Shown: piece by piece, positions 1 through 8,473 of the stretch
How positions within the stretch are numbered: the stretch's first letter is position 1
How the letters are laid out: each line of letters opens with the position of its first letter
From: an uncultured virus (IMG/VR IMGVR_UViG_3300042317_001798)
Lineage: Duplodnaviria; Heunggongvirae; Uroviricota; Caudoviricetes
Direction: 5' to 3' (one strand)
Virus record (IMG/VR): IMGVR_UViG_3300042317_001798
Span: 56,517 to 76,516 of that record
Length of the DNA stretch: 20,000 bases
Made by a program: the position numbers and the translations under genes
Notes under the pieces: generated by a model
What the model saw: the letters and a program-made list of their open reading frames with translations, nothing else
Told to the model about the DNA's origin: nothing
Database searches by the model: none

Positions 1-1451
1 ACTCCGACAGTTTTTGATGAAGTCGCTTCAGAGGAATTGGATGCTCTCTTTACAGAAGCCCTATCTCCAGCAGCCCCAAATAGATAAACTACTTCGCCGA
101 TACTCAAAGCATTTGCTTCAGCGTTCCTTGCATATGTAACAGTCGGGGCATACTCATTAACCCAGTTTGTTCCGTTGTAGGTTAATGACTGATGATTTAA
201 CGGGCTTGTGATTACAACATCTGAAATTTCATCAAGGCTCACACCAGAGTTAACAACGCTTGCGCTGATGGTTATGTCTGTAGTTCCGTTAAAAGAAGCA
301 GAACCGCTTAAGTCTCCAGCGAGCGAGATGGTTCGTGCGGTTTCTAACGCGCTTGCAGTAGACGCATTCCCAGTAACATCTCCTACGAGGTCTGCTGTTA
401 CATTTGCAAAAGTCACTGAAGCGGAAGTGCCAACAGCCTGTCCAATAGCAACCGTTGGACTTGAGCCTTCACCAGGAGTATGCGTTACCGTGACACCAGT
501 GCCTGCGGTTAGGTCGTTTACATAGTTGCCAGTTGTATCAACACCCAGGGCGATGCTGTTCGGCTGAAGCGTTGTTGAGATATTTACGCTTGCAGAACCA
601 TCGAACATGACCGAGCCAGAAACATCTCCACTCAATGCGATTATGTGGGAACCAAACAAATTTGAAACAGTGTCGTTGTACCAGTCAAGGCCGTCAAATG
701 CTAAAACATCGCCAGCGTTTGCGTTGTCAATGTATACATTGTCCAGTTCTTCAACTGTTAGGAATTCTGGTGTGAGCGTTACCTGAATCCACGAACCTGA
801 GTAATATGTATAAAGTTCAAGTTCGCTTGAGTTATACCAAAAGTCGCCGACTCTTATCTCGTCAGTAGGTTCCGTGTCAGAGACTGTAATGAAGTGGATT
901 GTTTCGTTAATCCAAGCAGAAGCAGAGTTCTTGTAAACAAGGAAATCACCCTCTTCTACGTTGTTAATTGTTACATCACCAATGTCATTGAGGCTGTTGA
1001 TTGTTGGTATTGACGCCCACTCAACTCCAGCAGATGCTGAGCTACTTGCTTTTAGGAAGTAGCCTTCTGCTCCAACACCCAAACGAAGAAGATTGGTTCC
1101 ATCAGTAACGAGCAAGTCGCCTTTGGTGGTGAGTTTGCTTACAAGTTCGTTTGCTTCGTCTGCGTCATTGGCGGTGAATACTGGGTAAATAACCGAACCA
1201 ATTGGGTGCTCGGATGCGGTGGTGTCGTCTTGGGCTCTTGTCAGGGTTAGGGTTGAGCCAGAAATCGTTGCCAAACACTTTTCTTCATATATCGAAGATG
1301 GTCGGATTACTACGTAAAACGGGATGCCAGCAATGGATGGCCATCCAGTTGTTGCCGCAATGTCAACAGTTGTGCCAACGTTCGTCAGCAGCGTTGTTGT
1401 CGTCGTGTTGCGCGCTGCACCCGAATATTGTTTGCGTGTAAATGCTGCCAT
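1..1451 (-). CDS. Tail fibre / virion structural protein, runs off the left edge of the window (not in ORF track)
   Basis: Hand translation from ATG at 1451 (GGAG just upstream) stays open to base 1: MAAFTRKQYSGAARNTTTTTLL...; contains TTKGDLLVTDG..RLGVG and three L-D-I-DV...L-Y/F...W-N units (LNDIGDV..GDFLVY..WIN; EELDNV..GDVLAF..WYN; LDEISDV..QSLTY..WVN) plus ARTISLAGDLSGSASFNG, all typical of phage fibre shafts. Confidence 0.8.
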   Translation of the reverse strand, partial: MAAFTRKQYSGAARNTTTTTLLTNVGTTVDIAATTGWPSIAGIPFYVVIRPSSIYEEKCLATISGSTLTLTRAQDDTTASEHPIGSVIYPVFTANDADEANELVSKLTTKGDLLVTDGTNLLRLGVGAEGYFLKASSSASAGVEWASIPTINSLNDIGDVTINNVEEGDFLVYKNSASAWINETIHFITVSDTEPTDEIRVGDFWYNSSELELYTYYSGSWIQVTLTPEFLTVEELDNVYIDNANAGDVLAFDGLDWYNDTVSNLFGSHIIALSGDVSGSVMFDGSASVNISTTLQPNSIALGVDTTGNYVNDLTAGTGVTVTHTPGEGSSPTVAIGQAVGTSASVTFANVTADLVGDVTGNASTASALETARTISLAGDLSGSASFNGTTDITISASVVNSGVSLDEISDVVITSPLNHQSLTYNGTNWVNEYAPTVTYARNAEANALSIGEVVYLFGAAGDRASVKRASNSSEATSSKTVG

Positions 1452-1474
1452 GATTACTCCTAGTTTACTTCATC

Positions 1475-4198
1475 TCAACTAATGAGAGCCTGAATACCCC
1501 AGTATCCAGCTGTAATTCCCTGGATTGGGTCTGTGTCATAACTTGCTGTTTCGCTTGAATGGCCTGTTCCACTCGCGGTTCTTGGTGCGGTGTGCAATCC
1601 AACTGCAGTGTCTCCTGCGGTTGCTCCACCTTGACCAGTTGCAGTAAGCGGTGTTGTTATTAATTGCGTTACTGATTGAGAACTCTGACCACTTGCTGAT
1701 GCGGTTCTAATAATCGTTAGCAATTGAGCTAATGATGATGAACCAGTTCCATTTCCACTTGCGCCTCTTGGTGCAGTATGCAAACCGTTCGCTTCATCGC
1801 CAGCCGCGGCCCCACCAAATGCTGTTGCCTGACGGAGATTGCTGTGAAGACTTGAGGCAAATGAACCGCTTGTTCCGGAACCATTTGCATTTCGGAGATG
1901 TGAATGCAACCCAACTGCTTCGTCGCCAGCTGTTGCAGAACCAGTACCCAAAGCTGTCCTGAGGTTTGAGTACAAGATGGTGTTGTTTGAATTTCCAAAA
2001 CCAGAACCAGAAGCGGTTCTGATAAATGTTGTGACGATTGATGTCGCCGAATCTCCAGTTCCATTTCCATCTGCTGTTCTTGGTGCAATATGAAGACCAT
2101 TTGCTGTATCGCCTGCAGTCGCACCGCCAGAAGCAGTTGCTGAACGAAGATTGCTTTGTAGAGTCGCATTGCTTGAACCGCTTATTCCATTGCCGGTTGC
2201 AGTTCTTGGTGCTGTATGCAGGCCAACTGCAGTATCTCCAGCTGTGGCAGAACCAGAACCAGTAGCAGCTCTTGGTGCAACGTGTAGACCAGTTGCTGTT
2301 TGACTTGATGTTCCAACAGATACAGATGTTCTATAAAGAATCTTGAATTCATTCGTGCTCTCCGTGCCAGAGCCAGAACCAGTTGCGTTTCTTGGAGCTG
2401 TGTGCAGGCCAACTGCTTCGTCTCCAGCTGTCGCTCCACCTGATGCACTTGCGGAACGAAGATTGGTATAAAGGATTGAGGCACTAGAGCCACCAGTCCC
2501 TTCGCCAGTTGCCGTTCGAGGTGCGGTGTGCAATCCAATGGCTTCATCGCCAGCTGTTGCCGAACCAGAACCTTGAGCAGTTCTAATATTCGAATATAGA
2601 ACCGAGTTGTTGGATGAACCAAGTCCAGAACCGTTTGCAGTACGAATGAAAGTAGTGATAATTGAAGTCGATGAATCACCAGAGCCAGAACCGTCTGCAG
2701 TTCTTGGTGCAATATGTAGTCCGTCTGAACTTTCAAAACTCTGACCAGAAGCATTCGCTGTTCTAACAGGAGTCTTAATTGAAGACGAAGTTGAAGAGCC
2801 ATCACCATCTCCGCTTGCGGTTCGGATTGAGGTATGAAGGATGAGTGCTTCATCGTTGGCGGTCGCACCACCGTCTCCGTATGCAGTTCTCAGTTTTCCG
2901 TACCTGAAAGATGCAAGCGAGTCAGAGACCCCTGATGCAGAACCGGTTCTATGAACAGTTCGCAATTCACTAGATGTTGACGAACCGACACCATTGGCAG
3001 ATGCAGTTCTGAAGAATGTTGCTCTTTCTTCAGATACAGATGAACCTGCCCCATCAGCAGTTGCTGCTCTTGGTGCAGTGTGCAGTCCTGTCGCCGTATC
3101 TCCGGCAGTAGCCGAACCAGAACCATATGCCGTTCTGAGATTTGAATGAACAATTGCGTTATTTGACGAACCAGTTCCAGAAGCAGATGCTGTTCTGAGA
3201 TGGGTGAACAGTTGAGAAACTGATGAATCTCCATCACCAGAACCGCTTGCTGTTCTTGGTGATGTGTGTAGACCATCTGAAGACTCAGATGACTGTCCTG
3301 CAGCAGAAGCTGTTCTAACAGGTGTCTTGAACGAAGATGAATTTTCAGAACCGCTTCCAGAAGCACTTGCGGTTCTAAGGCTTGAATGAAGAATTAGGGC
3401 AGTGTCACCTGCGGTTGCAGAACCTGAACCTTGAGCGGTTCTAAGGTTTGAGTAGAGAATTGAGTTGTTAGATGTTCCAGAACCACTAGCTGAAGCAGTC
3501 CGGAGATGGGTATGTAGGGCGAGAACAAGCGAGTCGCCATTTCCTGAACCAGTAACACTTCTTGGGGAAATAATGAGTCGTATTGCAGACTCGTTTGACT
3601 GGCCGGATGCGCTTGCCGTTCTTGGCGAGGTGTGTAGACCAATAGCGGTTGAATTGCTCGTTGCGGAACCAGTTGCGGAAACAACGGATGTTCTAACTCT
3701 GGTTGAAGATTCGCTTGATGTCCCAGACCCAGATGCGCTTCTTGGCGCGGTGTGTAGGCCAATTGCCGAATCTCCAGGCGTGGCACCACCACTAGCAGTT
3801 GCAGACCTAAGGAACGTAATGACTTCGCTAAGGTTGGACGAGGAGCCCGTTGCACTTCCAGATGCCGTTCTTGGTGAGGTATGCAAGCCGTCGGCAGTGC
3901 TATCTCCATTCGCAGAAGCAGACGCTTGACGTGGTGCAGTGTGAAGTCCAATCGCTTGGTCCCCAGCTGTTGCGGAGCCAGAACCAGTTGCGCCACGTGG
4001 TGATACATGGAGCGAGATGACTGTATGACTGGATATGCCAGACGCTGACGCAGTCCGTATTGCCGTATGAAGTTGGGATACGGAAGAAGAACCACTGCCA
4101 GCAGCGGAGGCATTCTCCGATACTGTTTTAAATCCTACATAGAACGACGAGGTCCCTCGGAATGGTTCCGAGAAACCAATTATCTCTTGTTCATCCAT
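1475..4198 (-). CDS. 907-aa Ser/Thr/Gly/Ala-rich repeat protein, probable virion fibre
   Basis: Long ORF with GGAG upstream; about 41 tandem units of 20-22 aa, consensus LHT(A/S)PRTA(S/T)GSG; lies within the structural gene run. Confidence 0.7.
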   Translation of the reverse strand: MDEQEIIGFSEPFRGTSSFYVGFKTVSENASAAGSGSSSVSQLHTAIRTASASGISSHTVISLHVSPRGATGSGSATAGDQAIGLHTAPRQASASANGDSTADGLHTSPRTASGSATGSSSNLSEVITFLRSATASGGATPGDSAIGLHTAPRSASGSGTSSESSTRVRTSVVSATGSATSNSTAIGLHTSPRTASASGQSNESAIRLIISPRSVTGSGNGDSLVLALHTHLRTASASGSGTSNNSILYSNLRTAQGSGSATAGDTALILHSSLRTASASGSGSENSSSFKTPVRTASAAGQSSESSDGLHTSPRTASGSGDGDSSVSQLFTHLRTASASGTGSSNNAIVHSNLRTAYGSGSATAGDTATGLHTAPRAATADGAGSSVSEERATFFRTASANGVGSSTSSELRTVHRTGSASGVSDSLASFRYGKLRTAYGDGGATANDEALILHTSIRTASGDGDGSSTSSSIKTPVRTANASGQSFESSDGLHIAPRTADGSGSGDSSTSIITTFIRTANGSGLGSSNNSVLYSNIRTAQGSGSATAGDEAIGLHTAPRTATGEGTGGSSASILYTNLRSASASGGATAGDEAVGLHTAPRNATGSGSGTESTNEFKILYRTSVSVGTSSQTATGLHVAPRAATGSGSATAGDTAVGLHTAPRTATGNGISGSSNATLQSNLRSATASGGATAGDTANGLHIAPRTADGNGTGDSATSIVTTFIRTASGSGFGNSNNTILYSNLRTALGTGSATAGDEAVGLHSHLRNANGSGTSGSFASSLHSNLRQATAFGGAAAGDEANGLHTAPRGASGNGTGSSSLAQLLTIIRTASASGQSSQSVTQLITTPLTATGQGGATAGDTAVGLHTAPRTASGTGHSSETASYDTDPIQGITAGYWGIQALIS

Positions 4199-4219
4199 GA
4201 GGGGTTACTCCCCTCTGGC

Positions 4220-4588
4220 TTACTCGAGTGTCAGCGTAAGGGAAGTGATTTCGAACGTGTCGCCAGCAGTAACTGAAGCGTTCGCAGAAAGAGCACCGTA
4301 CCAGAGGCAGTTACCAGCAGTTGAGTTATCCCACAGCGACCAGTGCGAGTATGTCTCTGTAGCAGCAACGAGCGTCCACTCAACAGTTGCAGTTGATGTC
4401 TTTGAGCCACCAGAAGCGGCACCAAAAGAAACTGCCTTGCGTGTTGTCTCGGTTGCTGGGTTGCCAGTTCCGTTTTCGCCTGGGTCTCCAAGATGAAGCT
4501 TGAGATAAGTAGCAGAAGCCGAGTATGCAGAACCCGAACCGTCCAAGGTATCGAGTAGCTCGTTTTCTAGGAAGTTTGAAATTGTCAT
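4220..4588 (-). CDS. Small virion structural (tail-associated) protein
   Basis: MTISNFLENELLD...YLKLHLGDPG...H-SLWD..TAGNCL-YGAL...V-AGDTF pattern is a common small phage tail protein found just before repeat fibre genes. Confidence 0.7.
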   Translation of the reverse strand: MTISNFLENELLDTLDGSGSAYSASATYLKLHLGDPGENGTGNPATETTRKAVSFGAASGGSKTSTATVEWTLVAATETYSHWSLWDNSTAGNCLWYGALSANASVTAGDTFEITSLTLTLE

Positions 4589-4644
4589 GTGATTGATACC
4601 TTTTTGCTAGGGACCGGTTAATACCGCTTGCTACAAGAATACAC

Positions 4645-5082
4645 CTAAGGGGTGAACTCTATTTGAACTGATAGGTCGGCCCCTGGATTTAATGACCCTA
4701 TTTGGTCAATGTCAACTGTTAAATAATCACCAGTCGTCAATTCCGTAACGTTTGGTGTTGAAGTTGAGACGAGAGTTTGTCCTGCAAAAATTTTTGGCCT
4801 GCTTGCCTGGGTAGTGAATATTGTCGTTCCGTTTTTGTTCACGTCTATCACTAGGTCAGACCCGGTCGGTGCGGTACCAACCGAAGCTCTTACGTTCCCG
4901 ATTGTTATTGGGCCAGGAATGTAAAATTTTGCTCTTCCCGTCCCGGTGCTCAATGTTCCCGGAACAGTGAATACCTGAACTTGATACGTAAACTGTTGAA
5001 CACCGGGTGCGCGTGTCGTGGTAACAAGAACTCGGTTTGGGATTTCAGTTGTGATTACTTGGACTACGTTTTCGCCTGTCAT
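4645..5082 (-). CDS. Putative tail-associated beta-sandwich protein
   Basis: RASVGTAPTGSDLVIDVNKNGTTIF...GDYLTVDIDQIGS..PGADL motif resembles terminal domains of phage tail proteins; start overlaps the upstream stop (ATGA). Confidence 0.6.
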   Translation of the reverse strand: MTGENVVQVITTEIPNRVLVTTTRAPGVQQFTYQVQVFTVPGTLSTGTGRAKFYIPGPITIGNVRASVGTAPTGSDLVIDVNKNGTTIFTTQASRPKIFAGQTLVSTSTPNVTELTTGDYLTVDIDQIGSLNPGADLSVQIEFTP

Positions 5083-5495
5083 CGCGTCACCTCTTGTGAA
5101 AGAATGAAGTCGCCCTGCAGTATTCTGTCTATTTCGTTTGTTGGCGAGATTATTTCAATGTCGTAAACACCAGACATGGTTATTGCTCGGGTGTCCTCGG
5201 CCCTTATAAAAAGGGTTATCGTTCCATCCTCCGGGTCTGGGTTGCCGAGCGTAATTCTATTTGTAGCAAGATTCTGGGTCGTCAGTTCTGTAATTGTTGT
5301 TGCCGACTCCATATATCTTCTGACTTGCATTCTTGCGGTATACCCGGTGAGGTCCCACGGAAGAAACTCTGGGCACACCTCAGCTCCGCCGCAGCCATTG
5401 GCGTAGTCAGGATTTGTGTACTGCAGCGTCAATTGAAGGTCAAAAGTTGACCCTTGCTGACAAGTGATGTTGTATCTTCCCGCGACCATTGACAC
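5079..5495 (-). CDS. Putative virion/baseplate-associated protein
   Basis: YNITCQQGSTF...DLTGYTARMQVR...GVYDIEI...RILQG...EVTR is a widespread phage structural pattern. Start moved to GTG 5495 (GGAG 6 nt upstream); ATG 5489 is an alternative. Confidence 0.65.
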   Translation of the reverse strand: MSMVAGRYNITCQQGSTFDLQLTLQYTNPDYANGCGGAEVCPEFLPWDLTGYTARMQVRRYMESATTITELTTQNLATNRITLGNPDPEDGTITLFIRAEDTRAITMSGVYDIEIISPTNEIDRILQGDFILSQEVTR

Positions 5496-5562
5496 GGCTT
5501 TCTCCAATCATTGACCTACAAGATTGTAGATGAGAACACGCCGGGCTGGTCGGCAATCCGCC

Positions 5563-5778
5563 TTACAAAACTGAAGCGGAGTCCTTATTTGGCCCAACCT
5601 TCTTGAGACCCATGCTCATCGCGACCGACAAGGCAACGGCAACAACGCCAACTTTTAGGTTTGAAGCATTAACTAGCCCGTCAAAATCTGCTCCGGTGGC
5701 CAGCCATGAGCCAAGGTAACCCTGGGCAAATGTTCTTGCTGCTCTCTCAACAACGTCTTTCATGAATGCTTGATTCAT
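5563..5778 (-). CDS. Holin, r1t-like family
   Basis: F-KD--ERAARTFAQ signature, two hydrophobic segments, basic tail. GGAG precedes tandem ATGs at 5781 and 5778; 5778 has the better spacing. Confidence 0.7.
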   Translation of the reverse strand: MNQAFMKDVVERAARTFAQGYLGSWLATGADFDGLVNASNLKVGVVAVALSVAMSMGLKKVGPNKDSASVL

Positions 5779-5898
5779 CATGTTCTCCCATTTTTGAATA
5801 GATGACACAACAATAATATCACATGTATTTTTTTATTCGCCGTGAACCAATTACTGCTCTCGCTGCGCTATTTATAAATTAGTATCTTTAAAACGCCT

Positions 5899-6990
5899 AT
5901 GAAAAAACCACAAAAACCAACAATCGCATTTCTTACCCATGACTGGTCGTGGGGAACGAACCCACTACAACCAAATGGGTGTGCTTGGTATAGGTGTAAG
6001 TTGCCTGCGGATGAATTGAATAAGCGTGGCTGGTTTTCTTCTGTTGGATTCCCAGGTTTCACAACACAGCGTGGTTTCGGAATGCTTGTCGAAGGAGATA
6101 AAGCAGTTCACGGTTGGGACATTATAGTTTTTAAATTATTGATGCAACAAGAAGTACTAGATGCCATGCCACTTGCCCGTGCGATGGGTCAAAAAATCGT
6201 AGTTGATGTTGACGATTGGTTTGATGGGTTGTCTGAATCAAATAGGGCTTTTGAGGCAACACATCCAGATAAAAATCCAAAATCAAATCGCGAAATATAT
6301 TCTAAAATAATTCTTTCTGCTGACGCCGTAATCACATCAACGCCATTCTTGTTCGACTACTACGCAAAACAACGAGATAATGTTTTTCTCGTCCGAAACG
6401 GGATAGACCTGCCTAGGTGGCAAAAAAAACAATTTCGCTCGAATAAAAAAACAAAAGTTGGCTGGGTTGGAGCTACGCATTGGCGCTCAAACGACCTAGA
6501 GCAATTATCTCCATTTCTTGGACAATACCTAGAGATAAGAAATCTTGGATTTCATCACTCCGGACACAGCACCACTGCGCCACAGGCAAACCATATGTTT
6601 GGCATTCCTGATTCAATTACGAAAATGTCGCCAATGGTTCCAATTCTTTCGTACCCATCACTTTTTCAACACATTGACATTGGGCTGATACCGCTGAACA
6701 ACATCTCTTTCAATCATGCAAAATCTTTTATTAAGGGACTGGAATATGCTGCAGCTGGTGTGCCTTTTGTTTCATCCTATTCGCCTGAATATGAGCTCCT
6801 TGCCAACCAGGGGATAGGACGGGTTGCTCGTTCAACGTCTGAATGGGTTTATCATTTAGATGAGCTCCTCGACGCAAGAATGAGAAAAGATGAAATCGAC
6901 GAAAATTACGAACTTCTTAAAGATTTCACCATGGATAAGCGTGGTGACGACTGGGATGCAACGTTTCGCGTAATATTGGAGAAGATATGA
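5899..6990 (+). CDS. Glycosyltransferase, GT-B fold (GT4-like)
   Basis: GCAWYR..P, KIVVDVDD, ADAVITSTPFL, VRNGID, VGWVG, DIGLIPL...FNHAKSFIKGLEYAAAGVPFVSS. Confidence 0.85.
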   Translation: MKKPQKPTIAFLTHDWSWGTNPLQPNGCAWYRCKLPADELNKRGWFSSVGFPGFTTQRGFGMLVEGDKAVHGWDIIVFKLLMQQEVLDAMPLARAMGQKIVVDVDDWFDGLSESNRAFEATHPDKNPKSNREIYSKIILSADAVITSTPFLFDYYAKQRDNVFLVRNGIDLPRWQKKQFRSNKKTKVGWVGATHWRSNDLEQLSPFLGQYLEIRNLGFHHSGHSTTAPQANHMFGIPDSITKMSPMVPILSYPSLFQHIDIGLIPLNNISFNHAKSFIKGLEYAAAGVPFVSSYSPEYELLANQGIGRVARSTSEWVYHLDELLDARMRKDEIDENYELLKDFTMDKRGDDWDATFRVILEKI

Positions 6991-7805
6991 GTACGACAGA
7001 ATTCCTTGAACAGCAGTACGCAGAACTAACCGTTCCGGCACCAGAACCAGGCCCAGCTGACTGGAATGACAACGGCTTCGTGATTAAAAAAGGACTTCTT
7101 CCAGAAGAACTAATGGAACGCTACGAAGCTTGCTGGATTGAAAACAACGCAGAATACGTAGACGGTCAATTCTCAATGACTCGACCTGGAGGTTGGCCAG
7201 ACTGCACGCCATACAGAAGACACCCAGAGGTAATGGAAATCCTTACGTTCAAGGGAATTAACGACACAATGGAAGAGCTCATTGGCGAACCGGCGGCCGT
7301 TCACCTTAACCTGACTGGATGGGTTACAACAACAAGAAACTGGCATCAAGATACATACCTAAATCCAGAACATGTAGGAGATTTTTATGTTGCAATATGG
7401 ATTGCGCTTGAAACAATCAATCCAGATTCTGGTCCGTTTCAACTAATACCTGGCTCACACAGGTGGCCTACGGTAACACGGGAAAAAATTCTCCAGGTAC
7501 TTCCGCCGGAAAAACGAGATTATCGATGGCCTACATACAGCGAAGAAATTCTTACCCCTATATTTACTCATCAAATTGAAAAGCGTAATGCTGAAGTTTT
7601 AACATACCTGCCAGAACGCGGTGACGTTTTATTTTGGCATGGACGACTTCTTCACAGGGGTTCTTTACCAAACCAAACGGGAATGATTAGAAAATCACTT
7701 ATTGCCCATTATTCCGGAATTAATCATAGAAGTGACATGCCAAAAGCAGAGCGCCACGGAGATGGTTGGTACTTCCCAATCGATGGCGGAAATGTAGGAC
7801 GATAA
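6987..7805 (+). CDS. Phytanoyl-CoA dioxygenase (PhyH)-like 2OG-Fe(II) oxygenase
   Basis: WHQD iron motif, WIALE...GP..LIPGSH, GDVLFWHGRLLHRG and downstream Arg; ATGA overlap with the glycosyltransferase. Confidence 0.85.
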   Translation: MSTTEFLEQQYAELTVPAPEPGPADWNDNGFVIKKGLLPEELMERYEACWIENNAEYVDGQFSMTRPGGWPDCTPYRRHPEVMEILTFKGINDTMEELIGEPAAVHLNLTGWVTTTRNWHQDTYLNPEHVGDFYVAIWIALETINPDSGPFQLIPGSHRWPTVTREKILQVLPPEKRDYRWPTYSEEILTPIFTHQIEKRNAEVLTYLPERGDVLFWHGRLLHRGSLPNQTGMIRKSLIAHYSGINHRSDMPKAERHGDGWYFPIDGGNVGR

Positions 7806-8380
7806 TGAATTTACTTAATGCCGGCTGTGGAACTCATTACGCAAAAGGATGGGTCAATACCGATACATGGGTTACTGAGGACACGCGACCAGACGTTCGT
7901 GTTGAGCCCGGCAAACCCTATCCATTTGACGACAATTATTTTGACGCAGTATTTCTTGGGCATGTGCTTGAGCACATTCCATGGAAAGAAGTGCCTGCAT
8001 TCGTTTCCGATATGAAACGAATAGCAAAACCTGGAGCACAGTTCCTTATTTGTGGACCAGACGTCAGACGAACAATCAAGCGATGGGCTCAGGGACAAGA
8101 GCCATGGGAAATGGTCTTGTCAGTCATGGAGCACCTTGATGTTGAAGATACGCATGTTCCCGGCCTTGAGTGGTGGGATGGTGCGCACCACCACTGGAAC
8201 TGTCATCACGACAGAGTTTGGAAACTCTTACATCAGGCTGGATTTACTGAAATGCAAGACGTTTTTGACGTCATACCCAAAGACCCATCTGGCAGCAGCT
8301 GGATGAACGATGGTATCAAGTGGCCAGTTGTTGGTCATTGGCATTGGCACTTCGCAATTATGTGCACAAACAACAAATGA
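7805..8380 (+). CDS. Class I SAM-dependent methyltransferase (type 11-like)
   Basis: LNAGCG motif I, GWVNTD, PFDDNYFD, HVLEH, RIAKPG. Start reassigned to ATG 7805 (TAATG overlap with upstream stop). Confidence 0.8.
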   Translation: MNLLNAGCGTHYAKGWVNTDTWVTEDTRPDVRVEPGKPYPFDDNYFDAVFLGHVLEHIPWKEVPAFVSDMKRIAKPGAQFLICGPDVRRTIKRWAQGQEPWEMVLSVMEHLDVEDTHVPGLEWWDGAHHHWNCHHDRVWKLLHQAGFTEMQDVFDVIPKDPSGSSWMNDGIKWPVVGHWHWHFAIMCTNNK

Positions 8381-8428
8381 CGCAAGTTGCTTTTATTTAA
8401 ATTGATTTAATAAATTATATTTAGCACA

Positions 8429-8467
8429 CTCCAAAAAAATGCTAGAATTAGTGGTATTTTTTTGGAG
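8429..8467 (+). promoter_or_regulatory. 12-bp inverted repeat enclosing an extended -10 and covering the Shine-Dalgarno of the 1212-aa gene
   Basis: CTCCAAAAAAAT (8429-8440) / ATTTTTTTGGAG (8456-8467); TG-C-TAGAAT at 8440-8448; GGAGG at 8464-8468. Confidence 0.65.
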
Positions 8468-8473
8468 GTGTAG

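Noticed and set aside
208..1441. Plus-strand ORFs 208-525 and 1202-1441
   Set aside because: Shadows of the minus-strand fibre gene, which the track missed because it has no stop within the window.
1729..4113. Alternative-frame and antisense ORFs inside the 907-aa gene
   Set aside because: By-products of repetitive codon usage; no independent motifs.
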